A DNA stretch of 42,986 bases from Dehalococcoidia bacterium (GCA_016932645.1 JAFGCL010000033.1:1-42986); one strand, 5' to 3'. Numbered from the stretch's first letter, positions 25,454-35,070 are shown. Numbers and translations are program-made. Notes: generated by a model from the sequence alone, not told the origin.

Positions 25454-26173
25454 TTGAGACTCCATATCGGCACCTCAGGCTGGATGTATGACCACTGGCG
25501 CGGCGAGTTCTATCCGCCTGAACTCCCGAAGACAAGGTGGTTTTCGTACTACGCCCAGCACTTCTCCACCGTGGAGTTGAACAGCAGCTTCTATCACCTG
25601 CCCAGCGAGAAGGCCTTCGGCACCTGGCGAGAGAAGGCGCCAGAGGGTTTCGTCTATGCACTGAAGGTCAGCCGCTACGTCACCCACCTCAAGAAGCTCC
25701 GGGACGTCGAGGAGCCCCTGGAGACTTTCATATCGAGGGCGCGCCTTCTCGGAGACAAGCTCGGCCCTCTGCTCTACCAGTTGCCGCCGGGGATCAAGTG
25801 TAACAAAGCTGTCCTCGAGGCTTTCCTCAAGCTGCTGCCGCGCGACCTGCAGCATGTCTTCGAGTTCCGCAACGAGTCCTGGTTCGACGACGAGGTCTAC
25901 GCCCTGCTCAGGAAGCATAACGCCGGCTTCTGCGTCTACGACTTGCCCGGCACCACCACGCCGCTGGTCGCCACCGCCGACTTCGCCTACGTCCGGTTCC
26001 ACGGCAGCACCGGGCTCTACGATAGCTGCTACACAGATGACGAACTTAAGTCGTGGGCCAAGAGGATCGCCAGGCTCGGCAAAGGGCTATCTGCAGTCTA
26101 CGTCTACTTCAACAACGACTCGCATGCGTTCGCCATCAGGAACGCGAGGCAGCTGTGGGATCTATTGGGATAG
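25454..26173 (+). CDS. DUF72 (YecE-like) family protein
   Basis: Start TTG 25454 gives MRLHIGTSGWMYDHWRGEFYP, the usual DUF72 N-terminus. The upstream extension in the ORF track is occupied by the REP-like element. Confidence 0.8.
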   Translation: MRLHIGTSGWMYDHWRGEFYPPELPKTRWFSYYAQHFSTVELNSSFYHLPSEKAFGTWREKAPEGFVYALKVSRYVTHLKKLRDVEEPLETFISRARLLGDKLGPLLYQLPPGIKCNKAVLEAFLKLLPRDLQHVFEFRNESWFDDEVYALLRKHNAGFCVYDLPGTTTPLVATADFAYVRFHGSTGLYDSCYTDDELKSWAKRIARLGKGLSAVYVYFNNDSHAFAIRNARQLWDLLG

Positions 26174-26294
26174 CCAAGTCCAGCGGCAATGGCACTGCCC
26201 CTCGTTACAGCACATGATCGTCCTTGACATGCTCCTACACTCCGCAGTACGATTCACGACGGTCACAGGACAGAAGGGAGAATCACACAACATC

Positions 26295-26828
26295 ATGAGA
26301 GAATCCACTCTGCAAGACCTAGCAAGCCACAACCGTATGGTGATGATAGAACGCAAGCATATTGACGACCACGCACTGCATGGGTATCTCCTTGCGGTCA
26401 GCTCTCATCTGATTCTTCTAAGGAATGTGTACGACTTCCAACTCGACGGCTACACGGTTCTAGGCAGACGAGACGTCACCCGCTTAGTACGCCGCGATGT
26501 TGAGCGCTTTCACGAGAGAATTGAGTCCGAGGAAAGCATAGCAGGTGACATGGCCATGCCACATTCAGTTGACATCACTGATTGGCGATCTGCATTGTCA
26601 TCCCTGCAGCGCGCCGGATGCAACATATCGCTTGAGCGCGAGCCAGAGCTAACTTACGTGTACCTCGTAGGCAAGATATTGAAGGTGAATCCAAGCAGCG
26701 TAATCATGCTTGGGTTCGATCCTCTGGCAAAGTGGCATGATGCCTCAACGAGAATCCCATACTCCAACATCACGCGCATATGCTTTGACAACCGGTACAT
26801 CTCGACGCTCTCCAGGTACACACACTAG
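26295..26828 (+). CDS. Hypothetical protein (177 aa) in a lower-GC islet
   Basis: AAGGGAG lies 12 nt before ATG 26295. The 5' part of ORF 25854.. is a frame overlap with the DUF72 gene. No recognisable domain. Confidence 0.5.
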   Translation: MRESTLQDLASHNRMVMIERKHIDDHALHGYLLAVSSHLILLRNVYDFQLDGYTVLGRRDVTRLVRRDVERFHERIESEESIAGDMAMPHSVDITDWRSALSSLQRAGCNISLEREPELTYVYLVGKILKVNPSSVIMLGFDPLAKWHDASTRIPYSNITRICFDNRYISTLSRYTH

Positions 26829-26854
26829 CCGAATCACCCGTTCACAATGTCCTT

Positions 26855-27379
26855 ATGAAGCACGCCCCAGACCTCCATCACCGCCACTCCATACGCCTGA
26901 AGGACTACGACTACGCCCAGCCGGGCGCATATTTCGTTACGGTGTGCACGCGGGATCGGGAATGTCTTCTTGGCGAGATCGCCGATGGGGAGTTGCGATT
27001 GAACCCCTTTGGTGTTGCTGTCCGTGACGAATGGTTGAGGACGGCGGAATTGCGTGAGCGTGTTGATTTGGATGTGTTCGTGGTCATGCCCAATCATTTG
27101 CACGGTATCGTCATGATCACCCAGGGTAGGGGCGTATGGCCATACGCCCCTACGGAGACATTGCGTTCGCCGTCACACACCGTCGGAGCCATCGTTCGTG
27201 GTTTCAAATCCGCATCCGCCAAACGCATCAATGAGATGCGCAATACTCCACGCATGCCTGTCTGGCAGCGGAACTACTACGAACACGTCATTAGGAACGA
27301 AGCCGAACTGAACGCCATCCGCCAGCATATCCATGGGAATCAGGCCACTTGGTCTTCGGATGAGAACTGCCACGTCTAG
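26855..27379 (+). CDS. REP-associated tyrosine transposase-like (IS200/IS605 Y1 HUH superfamily, RAYT)
   Basis: 174 aa with HRHSIRLKDYDYAQPGAYFVTVCT, the HUH motif VVMPNHLHGIV, and the catalytic Tyr region QRNYYEHVIRNE. Confidence 0.8.
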   Translation: MKHAPDLHHRHSIRLKDYDYAQPGAYFVTVCTRDRECLLGEIADGELRLNPFGVAVRDEWLRTAELRERVDLDVFVVMPNHLHGIVMITQGRGVWPYAPTETLRSPSHTVGAIVRGFKSASAKRINEMRNTPRMPVWQRNYYEHVIRNEAELNAIRQHIHGNQATWSSDENCHV

Positions 27380-27477
27380 CCTCGGAGCAGTCCCATTGCA
27401 CGCACCCTAGGGTTTACAACATATGCGGTCTCCTCAATCCGTTTCCCCACGCTTCAGTCCTGTGCTAGAATTGGGCC

Positions 27478-28218
27478 ATGGCCCAAGCCACAGACAATAC
27501 GCTGACACATACAGCGGCCGACAGAGAGGCCATCCTGCACTTGAGTGAGGCCGTCTCCACCGGCAAGAACTGGTACGTGGCCCTGCTGGAAGCCATCGGC
27601 CTCTGGGGCAGCGCCGAGGAAATCCACGACGGCCGCTATTACCGTTATCTGATCGGGGGCGAGGCCTTCGACTGGCTTACGCTGGCAGAGAGGCTCTGCC
27701 AGGAGATCGACTGCTTCGTGCCGGAGAACGAGAAGCTGGACCTGCTCTTCGCCGCCACCCCACCCATCGACCTACCCCCAGGGGACTTCCGCCAGCTCAT
27801 CGGCGAGACCAAGTACCGCGCCTACCTGAACTACCTCTATGGTGTAGTCGTCGAAGAAGCCCTGCTGTCCGTGGTCGAAGAAGAGGTGCTGAAGGAGAAC
27901 GGGCACCTCACCCTGGTCCTCGGCCAGCGCATCGAGCAGGAAGCCTACCGCCGCGTCTACGATGCCGAGATGGCCGCCCTGCTGGCGCTGTTCAGGGGTC
28001 AGAACGGCTATGCCAACGGCGACTCCATGTCGATGATGGAGAAGAAGGAGTTCACCTACTGGCTCTTCAAGTACCGGGTGGAGCACTCCGAGAAGGCCAA
28101 GGTGGCCAGCGATACCCGCAAGGCACTGGCCTGGCTGCAGCGCCAGTGGAACTCCAGCACCAGGAAGAGACCGGTGCAGACAACGGGGATAAAGCTACTG
28201 CTTGGCCGCAAGGCTTAG
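27478..28218 (+). CDS. Hypothetical protein (246 aa)
   Basis: Long ORF with coding-like composition and no recognisable motif. It converges on the pcrA 3' end. Confidence 0.55.
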   Translation: MAQATDNTLTHTAADREAILHLSEAVSTGKNWYVALLEAIGLWGSAEEIHDGRYYRYLIGGEAFDWLTLAERLCQEIDCFVPENEKLDLLFAATPPIDLPPGDFRQLIGETKYRAYLNYLYGVVVEEALLSVVEEEVLKENGHLTLVLGQRIEQEAYRRVYDAEMAALLALFRGQNGYANGDSMSMMEKKEFTYWLFKYRVEHSEKAKVASDTRKALAWLQRQWNSSTRKRPVQTTGIKLLLGRKA

Positions 28219-28222
28219 TTGC

Positions 28223-30361
28223 CTAGTCAACGCGCTTGAGCTGGGCCAGGCTCAGCAGCAGCTTCTTGATGCCTACCCCATCAAAAACCACCACGACCTC
28301 TTGATCGTCCCGCATGGGCGTGCAGCTCACCACCACGCCTCTCCCGAACTTGGCATGTTCTACATGATCGCCCGGTGAAAAGTCCTGGCCGTCTGCTCTG
28401 GGCTTTGGCGGTGCCTTTGGCTCTTCCCCAAACAGACCTTTGGTCTGGATCAGGTTCGAAGGGATGTTCTTCAGGAAACGAGAGGCCGGGTTGGCATTGG
28501 TGCCACCCATAAGGCTGCGTCGCAGGGCCCGCACCAGATAGAGACGCTTCTTGGCGCGGGTCATGCCTACATAGCACAGGCGGCGCTCCTCTTCCATCTG
28601 CGCCGGATCGTCAAATGATCTGATGTGAGGCAGCACCCCCTCCTCCATCCCTACGATGAAAACCACCGGATACTCCAGCCCTTTGGCTTGGTGCAGCGTG
28701 ATGAGGGTGACCACGTCCTTCTTCTCGTCCAGATCATCGGTGTCCGAGAACAAGCTGACGCCCTCCAGGAACAGCGTGAGGCCTTCCGGCGGCTTCAGGT
28801 CCTTGTACTCGCCCGCTATGCCGCGCAGCTCCAGGATGTTCTCCCAGCGGTCATCGCCATCCGGCAGCTCCAGCGTGTACTCCTTGTAGTCCGAGGTCTG
28901 CAGCACCGCGTCCAGCAGTTCGACCACATTCACTTCCTGGCTCTTCCGGGTGAGATCTTCGATCATGGAGTAGAAGCTTGTCAGCGCCTGTGTCGACCGC
29001 GCGCTGAACGGAGAGATGGACCTGTCTTCCGCCAGCCTCTGCAGTCCTGTGTAAAGCGGCAGCCCGAGGCCCTTCGTCCACTGCTGCAGTTCGTCGATGG
29101 TCTTCTGGCCGATGCCGCGCGGCGGCACGTTGATGATGCGGGCCAGGCTGACAGAGTCCCAGGGGTTGTAGATGAGCTTCAGATAGGCGATGACGTCTTT
29201 GATCTCGCGGCGCGAGTAGAAGCGCACTGTCCCGATCACCTGGTAGGGCATGCCATAGCGCATAAAGGCTTCTTCCAAGGCCCGCGACTGGGCGTTTGTC
29301 CGGTACATAACGGCACAGTCAAGATGCCTGGCCTCGTCCTGGTCCAGCAGGCTGGCCAACTCGCTCACCACGAACTGCGCCTCCTCCGATTCGCTGAAGG
29401 TTTCAACCACCCTGAGCGGCATGCCTTCTTCGTTGTCCGTCCACAGGGCGTTCTCTTTCCGGCCCTTGTTCACCGACACCACTTGGTGTGCTGCCTCGAG
29501 GATGTTCTTGGTGGAGCGGTAGTTCTGCTCCAGATAGACCACCTTGGCCTCAGGGTAGTCATGCTCGAAGTTCAGAATGTTGCGCAGGTCGGCGTTGCGC
29601 CACGAGTAGATGGATTGGTCGGGATCGCCCACCACGCAGATGTTGCGGTGCTTAGCAGCCATCTGCCTGGCAAGAGAGTACTGCGTGATGTTGGTGTCCT
29701 GGAACTCGTCGATCAGCAAGTGGAGATAGCGCGACTGGTACTTCGCCAGAACGTCGGGATGATGCTCAAACAGCTGATACGCCTTCATCAAGAGGTCATC
29801 GAAGTCCAGCGCCTGGCTTTGCGCCAAAAGTGTCTCATACTGCCGGTAGACCCTGGACACCACCTCCTCGAAGTAGCTGTGCGAGCGCTGTGCGTAGTCC
29901 TCCGCTGTGATGAGCTGGCTCTTAGCACTGCTGATAGCGTTCTGAAAGGTCTTCGGCGGGTACTGCTTGGGATCCAATCCCAGGTCCTGAAGGCTGCGCT
30001 TGATCAGGTTGATCTGGTCTTCGTCATCGTAGATGGCGTACTTCGAGCTCAGGCCCATCTCCTGGCCGTCGCGGCGCAGGATAGCGGCGCATGCGGCGTG
30101 GAACGTGCCCACGGACAGGTGCTCGACAGAGCCCGCCAGCAAGACCTGGAGCCGCTCTCTCATCTCCCGGGCCGCCTTGTTGGTGAAGGTCACCGCCATG
30201 ATGCGGCGCGGATTGATGCCCACGACCTTGACCAGATAGGCGATGCGGTGGGTGATGACCCGTGTCTTGCCGCTCCCTGGACCGGCCAGGATGAGGAGGG
30301 GCCCTTCGATGGTTTCGGCGGCTGCGCGCTGCGCGGGATTCAGGCCTTCCAGGATATCCAT
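28223..30361 (-). CDS. pcrA: ATP-dependent DNA helicase PcrA/UvrD (SF1)
   Basis: 712 aa with AGPGSGKTRVITHRIAYL (motif I), DEFQDTN, VGDPDQSIYSWR, TLHQAKGLEYPVVF and a C-terminal Tudor-like FGRGVVV segment. Confidence 0.95.
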   Translation of the reverse strand: MDILEGLNPAQRAAAETIEGPLLILAGPGSGKTRVITHRIAYLVKVVGINPRRIMAVTFTNKAAREMRERLQVLLAGSVEHLSVGTFHAACAAILRRDGQEMGLSSKYAIYDDEDQINLIKRSLQDLGLDPKQYPPKTFQNAISSAKSQLITAEDYAQRSHSYFEEVVSRVYRQYETLLAQSQALDFDDLLMKAYQLFEHHPDVLAKYQSRYLHLLIDEFQDTNITQYSLARQMAAKHRNICVVGDPDQSIYSWRNADLRNILNFEHDYPEAKVVYLEQNYRSTKNILEAAHQVVSVNKGRKENALWTDNEEGMPLRVVETFSESEEAQFVVSELASLLDQDEARHLDCAVMYRTNAQSRALEEAFMRYGMPYQVIGTVRFYSRREIKDVIAYLKLIYNPWDSVSLARIINVPPRGIGQKTIDELQQWTKGLGLPLYTGLQRLAEDRSISPFSARSTQALTSFYSMIEDLTRKSQEVNVVELLDAVLQTSDYKEYTLELPDGDDRWENILELRGIAGEYKDLKPPEGLTLFLEGVSLFSDTDDLDEKKDVVTLITLHQAKGLEYPVVFIVGMEEGVLPHIRSFDDPAQMEEERRLCYVGMTRAKKRLYLVRALRRSLMGGTNANPASRFLKNIPSNLIQTKGLFGEEPKAPPKPRADGQDFSPGDHVEHAKFGRGVVVSCTPMRDDQEVVVVFDGVGIKKLLLSLAQLKRVD

Positions 30362-30447
30362 AGTGAGATCAATCGCTCGTTGGCTTCATCTTGAACCGGG
30401 CAGTCGGGATCGTGCCACTTGACGGGCTAGCTTCGTATCGCCTGTGC

Positions 30448-30529
30448 CTCCCCTCGGGGCGTGCAGAGGGGCGAAGCCCCTCTGCGTTTTCCCTCTATCC
30501 CCCCAAGAGGGGGGGATCAAAGGGGGTTG
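30448..30529. repeat. Composite REP-like element, copy B (three consecutive G/C hairpins)
   Basis: CCCCtcGGGG; GCAGAGGGGC-gaa-GCCCCTCTGC (30463-30485); TATCCCCCCaagaGGGGGGGATCAAAGGGGGTTG (30496-30529). The last module matches copy A. Confidence 0.6.
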
Positions 30530-30664
30530 ATATGGAGATTGTGAACCAGTGTCGCAGAGACCCTTGCCGCCATCGGGCTTGGGAGATGCCCACAGGTTAT
30601 GCTCAGCAACAGAGAGGCAAGTCATGAGGGTCGCATCGTGGTGGCGAAACACTGGTAGCCTGGC

Positions 30665-31579
30665 CTAGCTCACTTCAATCATCTTGTCGACGGCCTTCTT
30701 GGCCCTGAGGCTGATGTCTTCAGGAACCTTCACCTCGGGTGCCAGGTACTCCAGCGACCGGAGGATGTTCTCCAATCCGATCAGCTTCATGTCGGGGCAT
30801 ATGGCCTGCTCCGAGAGCGGAATGAACATCTTGTCCGGGTTCTCCTTCCTCAGCCGGTAGATGATGCCCATCTCAGTGCCGACCACTATTTGCGCCGCCG
30901 GCGTGCTCTTGCAGTGCCGGATCATGCCGCCTGTGCTCAGCACGAAATCGGCCATCGCGCTCACCTCAGACCGGCACTCCGGGTGCACCATGACCTCGGC
31001 CCGCGGGTAGGTCCTTCTCATTCTCCCGATGTCCGCCGCCTGGATACGGGCATGAGTGGGACAATACCCCGGCCACAGGATCATCGGCTTTCCGGTCTTC
31101 GTGGATACGTAGTGCCCGAGGTAGTGGTCAGGCACGAAGATGATCTCCTTCGCCTCCAGTCTCTGGGCCAACTGCACCGCGTTGGCCGAGGTGCAGCAGA
31201 TGTCCGACTCGGCCTTGACTTCCGCCGTCGTGTTGACATAACACATCACCAGAGCGCCCGGATGCTGCTTCTTCAGATCGCGCAGGCCCTGCGCCGTGAT
31301 CATGTTCGCCATGGGACAGCCCGCCTCCAACACCGGCAACAGTACCTTCTTGTCGGGACAGAGGATGGAAGCCGTCTCCGCCATGAAGTGTACCCCGCAG
31401 AAGACAATGATGCCGGCGTCGGTCTCGGCCGCGACCTGGCTGAGCTCCAGGGAATCCCCTACGAAGTCCCCAATATCCTGGACCTCCCCCAGTTGGTAGT
31501 TGTGCACTAGGATAACGGCGCTTCTCTGCTTCTTGAGCTCCAGTATCCTGTCTCTTAGCTCCGAGCGGCTATCCTTCAT
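30665..31579 (-). CDS. nadA: Quinolinate synthase NadA
   Basis: 304 aa with ILVHNYQ...VGDSL...FCGVHFMAET, typical of NadA. Confidence 0.92.
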   Translation of the reverse strand: MKDSRSELRDRILELKKQRSAVILVHNYQLGEVQDIGDFVGDSLELSQVAAETDAGIIVFCGVHFMAETASILCPDKKVLLPVLEAGCPMANMITAQGLRDLKKQHPGALVMCYVNTTAEVKAESDICCTSANAVQLAQRLEAKEIIFVPDHYLGHYVSTKTGKPMILWPGYCPTHARIQAADIGRMRRTYPRAEVMVHPECRSEVSAMADFVLSTGGMIRHCKSTPAAQIVVGTEMGIIYRLRKENPDKMFIPLSEQAICPDMKLIGLENILRSLEYLAPEVKVPEDISLRAKKAVDKMIEVS

Positions 31580-32378
31580 CGGTCACTATCCTCCAGTCTC
31601 CGGAGTAGATGTTCATCTTCTTGCCCCGCACCATACCCACCACCGTCATGCCCATATCGTTGGCCATCCGCACCGCTACGTTGGTCGGCGACGCTATGGA
31701 GATCACGACCGGGATGTCTCTCCGAGCAGCCTTGAGCAGCATCTCCGATGATATCCGCCCGCTGAAGATCAACCCGTGATCCTTGGCCGCCACGTCCACC
31801 AGTATGCATCGCCCGATGATCTTGTCTATGGCATTGTGCCGGCCGATGTCATCCGCAAAGACCAGTATCTTCCTCTCATCGCACAGAGCAGCGCTGTGGA
31901 CGCCACGGGTCACTTCATGCAATTCCGAGCTGCATTGGAACTGCCCAACCAGAGCCAGGACATCCCTGGCCAGCATCTGGAACCGGGAATCGATCTTGAT
32001 GCCCGCCTGCGCATCAGCCAGCTTGTAGAACGACGACCCTCTTCCGGAACCGGAGGTGACTAGACGCTTACTCAGGATCGCCGCGTCAGCACCCTCGCCC
32101 GTCTTGGTCTCCACCCGCACGATGCCCTTTCGGTCATCCACCACCACGTTCTTGATCTCTTCCTTGCTCTTCAAGAAACCTTCGGAGAAGAGGTAGCCGA
32201 CCGCCAGAGGCTTAAGGTCGATGGGCGAGCACAGCATGGTGACCAGTTCCTGATTGTCCAGAACAATGGTCAGCGAAGACTCTCTGACCACCACATCCTC
32301 GACATCGGTGCGGATCCCCTCCGTGATGCGCACCAGACGGACCTGCTCCGCGGCGTTCACATTCTCCAGAACATCCAT
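31569..32378 (-). CDS. fdhD: Formate dehydrogenase accessory sulfurtransferase FdhD
   Basis: Contains PLAVGYLFSEGF, SGSGRGSS and DIGRHNAIDKIIG. Start set at ATG 32378 (269 aa), because the longer ORF-track version runs through the YHS gene. Confidence 0.85.
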   Translation of the reverse strand: MDVLENVNAAEQVRLVRITEGIRTDVEDVVVRESSLTIVLDNQELVTMLCSPIDLKPLAVGYLFSEGFLKSKEEIKNVVVDDRKGIVRVETKTGEGADAAILSKRLVTSGSGRGSSFYKLADAQAGIKIDSRFQMLARDVLALVGQFQCSSELHEVTRGVHSAALCDERKILVFADDIGRHNAIDKIIGRCILVDVAAKDHGLIFSGRISSEMLLKAARRDIPVVISIASPTNVAVRMANDMGMTVVGMVRGKKMNIYSGDWRIVTDEG

Positions 32379-32475
32379 ATCTGCTATGAGTTCACCTTGA
32401 TCAAGCCCGATTCGACTGGCCTCTCTTTTGTTCCTTTGTCTTCGCTCTTGCAGACTGCAGGAAGCACAGCACCCT

Positions 32476-32628
32476 TCAGTTCGAAGCCTTGAGATACTTG
32501 TCAGGATTCTCCAGGAATGCCTTCTTGCAGCCCGGGGCGCAGAAGTAGTAGGTCTTGCCCTTGTAGTCGGCTGTGGCAGCGGCCTTCTTCTCATCCACAT
32601 CCATATTGCACACGGGGTCTTTGGCCAT
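32476..32628 (-). CDS. YHS/TRASH-domain small metal-binding protein
   Basis: MAKDPVCNMDVDEKKAAATADYKGKTYYFCAPGCKKAFLENPDKYL with SD GAGGGGGGTGA upstream of ATG 32628. Confidence 0.75.
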   Translation of the reverse strand: MAKDPVCNMDVDEKKAAATADYKGKTYYFCAPGCKKAFLENPDKYLKASN

Positions 32629-32748
32629 CTCTATCACCCCCCTCGCGATTGGGTACGGCAATGCGGCAGATACAGAAACGGCAATCCAATTATACAAGAA
32701 AGCCTGTGGTGAAGAACGCCATCATCGGCAGGTCTACACCTTGCCGGT

Positions 32749-33903
32749 TCAAACGTGCGAAACCGCCCGCAACCTGCTGACGATGCGAGGGAAGGTCTCC
32801 ATCACTCGCTCGATCTCGGAATCCGTGTTGTGCTTGCCCAGGCTGAAACGCACCGAGCCGCGCGCCAGTTCCCCCGGCACCCCCAGGGCCGTCAAGACGT
32901 GAGAAGGTTCCATGGCTTCCGATCTGCAGGCCGAGCCGGTGGAAGCCGCAATGCCCTCCAGGTCCAGACTGACGGCCAGGGCTGCTCCTTCAACGGAGGC
33001 TACGCTAATGTTGACGTTGTTGGGAAGCCGCTGGGTGAGATGCCCGTTCAGGCGCGTCTGTGGAATCCGCTCCAGGAGACCCTTGATCAGCCTGTCCCGC
33101 AGGCGGGTGACATGTCGCGATTCCGCATCCATCTCCGCCTGGGCGATCTCGGCCGCTCTCCCCAAGCCGATGACCCCCGGAACGTTCTCCGTGCTGGCCC
33201 GCAGCCCTTGCTCCTGCCCACCCCCATGCATGAACGAGACTATCCTGGTGCCCCTGCGGACATACAGCGCCCCCACCCCCTTCGGCCCATACAGCTTGTG
33301 CGCCGCAATAGCCAGCAGGTCGACGCCGAGTTCATCCACCTTCGCCGGAATATGCCCCACCGTCTGCACGGCATCCGTGTGGAAGTATATGCTCCGCTCT
33401 CGGGCTATTTCCCCAATCTCGGCGATCGGCTGGATAGTGCCTACCTCATTATTGGCATGCATCACCGAGATCAGAATCGTCTCCGGAGTGACCGCCTTCC
33501 CCACATCTCTTGGATCAACCAGACCATCCTTGTCTACCCCGACGAGCGTCACCTTGAAGCCCTGCTTCTCCAAGTATCGGCAGGACTCCTCCACCGCGTG
33601 ATGCTCGACACTTGTGGTCACAATGTGTTTGCCCCTGTGAGAGTTGGCCAGTCCCACTCCTTTGATGGCCAGGTTGTCCGACTCAGTTCCCCCGCTGGTG
33701 AATATGATCTCGTCGCTGGCTGCGCCAATAAGGCTGGCCACTTTCTCCCTGGCCTCTGCCACCGCAGTCCTCGCCTCCTGACCGAGAGAATGCATGCTCG
33801 ATGGATTCCCGAAGCTCTTGCTGAAATGGGGCAGCATGGCCTCCACCACCCGCGGGTCCGCGGGTGTAGTGGCAGCGTGGTCCAGGTATACCTTCTCCAT
33901 CAT
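32749..33903 (-). CDS. nifS: Cysteine desulfurase (NifS/IscS class, PLP-dependent)
   Basis: 384 aa with YLDHAATTP, SVMHANNEVGTIQP, the AHKLYGPKG PLP lysine and the active-site STGSAC. Confidence 0.92.
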   Translation of the reverse strand: MMEKVYLDHAATTPADPRVVEAMLPHFSKSFGNPSSMHSLGQEARTAVAEAREKVASLIGAASDEIIFTSGGTESDNLAIKGVGLANSHRGKHIVTTSVEHHAVEESCRYLEKQGFKVTLVGVDKDGLVDPRDVGKAVTPETILISVMHANNEVGTIQPIAEIGEIARERSIYFHTDAVQTVGHIPAKVDELGVDLLAIAAHKLYGPKGVGALYVRRGTRIVSFMHGGGQEQGLRASTENVPGVIGLGRAAEIAQAEMDAESRHVTRLRDRLIKGLLERIPQTRLNGHLTQRLPNNVNISVASVEGAALAVSLDLEGIAASTGSACRSEAMEPSHVLTALGVPGELARGSVRFSLGKHNTDSEIERVMETFPRIVSRLRAVSHV

Positions 33904-34641
33904 TCAGCCTCCGGTTTCGACTAGCCTGATGTCGCCCCAAACGCCGATCCGGTCATCCTTGATAATGATCACTCCTTTTATGCCGACAACGCCCTTGGCG
34001 AAATCGATGCCCCTGGGTACGTCGTCCGCTGACTGGATGAGGTTGCCCACCGCCGTCGCTGCCGCGTCCGCCAAGGCAGCCGACGGTGAGAGAACGATGG
34101 CCGCATCGCACTTGCCCAGGCTGAGCGAATGGCCCACTGTGCCCGCCGACGTGCAGATGCCCAGCGGCGTGTCCTTCGGTTCGACCCTCACGGCCAGCTT
34201 GGCGGTGAAAGGGGACGACTCGCCGGCGTATATGCCTATTGACCTCGTCTTCTGCGTCTTCAGGAAGATGTCGCCACCGTTCTCCACTATCACCTCGCGG
34301 CTGAAGGGAAGCAGTTCCTTCCCGACGCACTCGGCTATTGCGCCCGCCACCGCCGCCATCGGTCCCACGCCGGCTTTCTCCGCCGCCGCGCCCATCGCCT
34401 TTGCAATCAACGGAGCATCTGGCCCAACAGTCAAAGGCTTCAGAGAAGTCAGGAACGCCGGCTGCCGCCGAATGTAGTCCTCCAGTGAAGCGCGGTGCTT
34501 CAGCAGCACCTTGAGCACCTTGCGGCTCAGGTTGCGCGTCGCCCGCACGTACAGATCCGACTCCTTCACTGTCACGGCGAAGGAGATCAGATCCTTATCG
34601 TGGCTCCAGTCCCGGTAGAATCTCGGCTCATAGCCGGGCAT
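33904..34641 (-). CDS. UPF0280 / COG2122 ApbE-superfamily protein
   Basis: 245 aa with YRDW....L..F.V.VKESDL.V and a ...GKCDAAIV... pattern typical of UPF0280. It abuts nifS with no gap. Confidence 0.7.
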   Translation of the reverse strand: MPGYEPRFYRDWSHDKDLISFAVTVKESDLYVRATRNLSRKVLKVLLKHRASLEDYIRRQPAFLTSLKPLTVGPDAPLIAKAMGAAAEKAGVGPMAAVAGAIAECVGKELLPFSREVIVENGGDIFLKTQKTRSIGIYAGESSPFTAKLAVRVEPKDTPLGICTSAGTVGHSLSLGKCDAAIVLSPSAALADAAATAVGNLIQSADDVPRGIDFAKGVVGIKGVIIIKDDRIGVWGDIRLVETGG

Positions 34642-34644
34642 AGC

Positions 34645-35055
34645 CTAGATACGCATCTCCATGGCCCGCGCCGGGCAGGCCCTGATACACATCCCGCAGA
34701 CCATGCACTTCTTGTCCAGGAACTTGACCTTTCGGGTGGCAGGATCCACCACAAAAGCGCCGCTGGGGCAAACGGTGACGCAGGCCCCACAGTGAGTACA
34801 GCGCGCGTCATTCCGGTAGACATCCCGGCTGAGCGGCTGTATGCTGACGCCAATATCCGCCAGGTACCGGACGCCCTTCTCGTAGTTCTCCCTGTCCCCA
34901 CTCAACTCCAGCACCAGGAGACCTTCCTCATTGGGCGACACGGAAGCCTTCAGGATGTTCAACATCAAACCGTAGTCCTTCACCAGACGGTAGACTATCG
35001 GTTGGTCCACACAGGATCGCGGGAAGTGAAGCACTATTCTCTTCGACACAGCCAT
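34645..35055 (-). CDS. NIL-domain plus 2x[4Fe-4S] ferredoxin protein (MA1822-like)
   Basis: 136 aa with an NIL domain (PIVYRLVKDYGLMLNILKASV...LLVLELSG), then CTHCGACVTVCP and CMVCGMCIRACP. Confidence 0.85.
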   Translation of the reverse strand: MAVSKRIVLHFPRSCVDQPIVYRLVKDYGLMLNILKASVSPNEEGLLVLELSGDRENYEKGVRYLADIGVSIQPLSRDVYRNDARCTHCGACVTVCPSGAFVVDPATRKVKFLDKKCMVCGMCIRACPARAMEMRI

Positions 35056-35070
35056 TTCAAGTCCCCTTTG

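Noticed and set aside
25854-26294. 5' extension of ORF 25854..26828 (Ser/Thr/Pro-rich)
   Set aside because: It overlaps the DUF72 gene in another frame and has low-complexity composition. A good SD plus ATG at 26295 marks the likely real start.
26712-26722. tRNA T-loop-like GGGTTCGATCC
   Set aside because: The flanking bases cannot form a T-stem or acceptor stem. The motif sits inside a coding ORF, so it is not a tRNA or tRNA fragment.
28625-30394. 589-aa plus-strand ORF
   Set aside because: It is antisense to pcrA. Its Arg/Leu/Val/Gln-rich low-information composition is characteristic of reverse-frame translation of a GC-rich helicase gene.
30463-30490. 10-bp GAA-loop hairpin plus GTTTT as a conventional gene terminator
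   Set aside because: The T-tract is on the plus strand, where no upstream plus-strand gene exists. On the minus strand (nadA to pcrA) it is not followed by a U-tract. It is better explained as a module of the REP-like composite.
32379-32600. N-terminal extension of the FdhD ORF (343-aa version)
   Set aside because: The extension is Arg/Pro-rich and unlike FdhD. It overlaps the well-supported YHS-domain gene. ATG 32378 gives a normal-length FdhD.
32755-33924. 389-aa plus-strand ORF (and 32912..33601)
   Set aside because: It is antisense to the clearly identifiable cysteine desulfurase gene. This is a shadow ORF.
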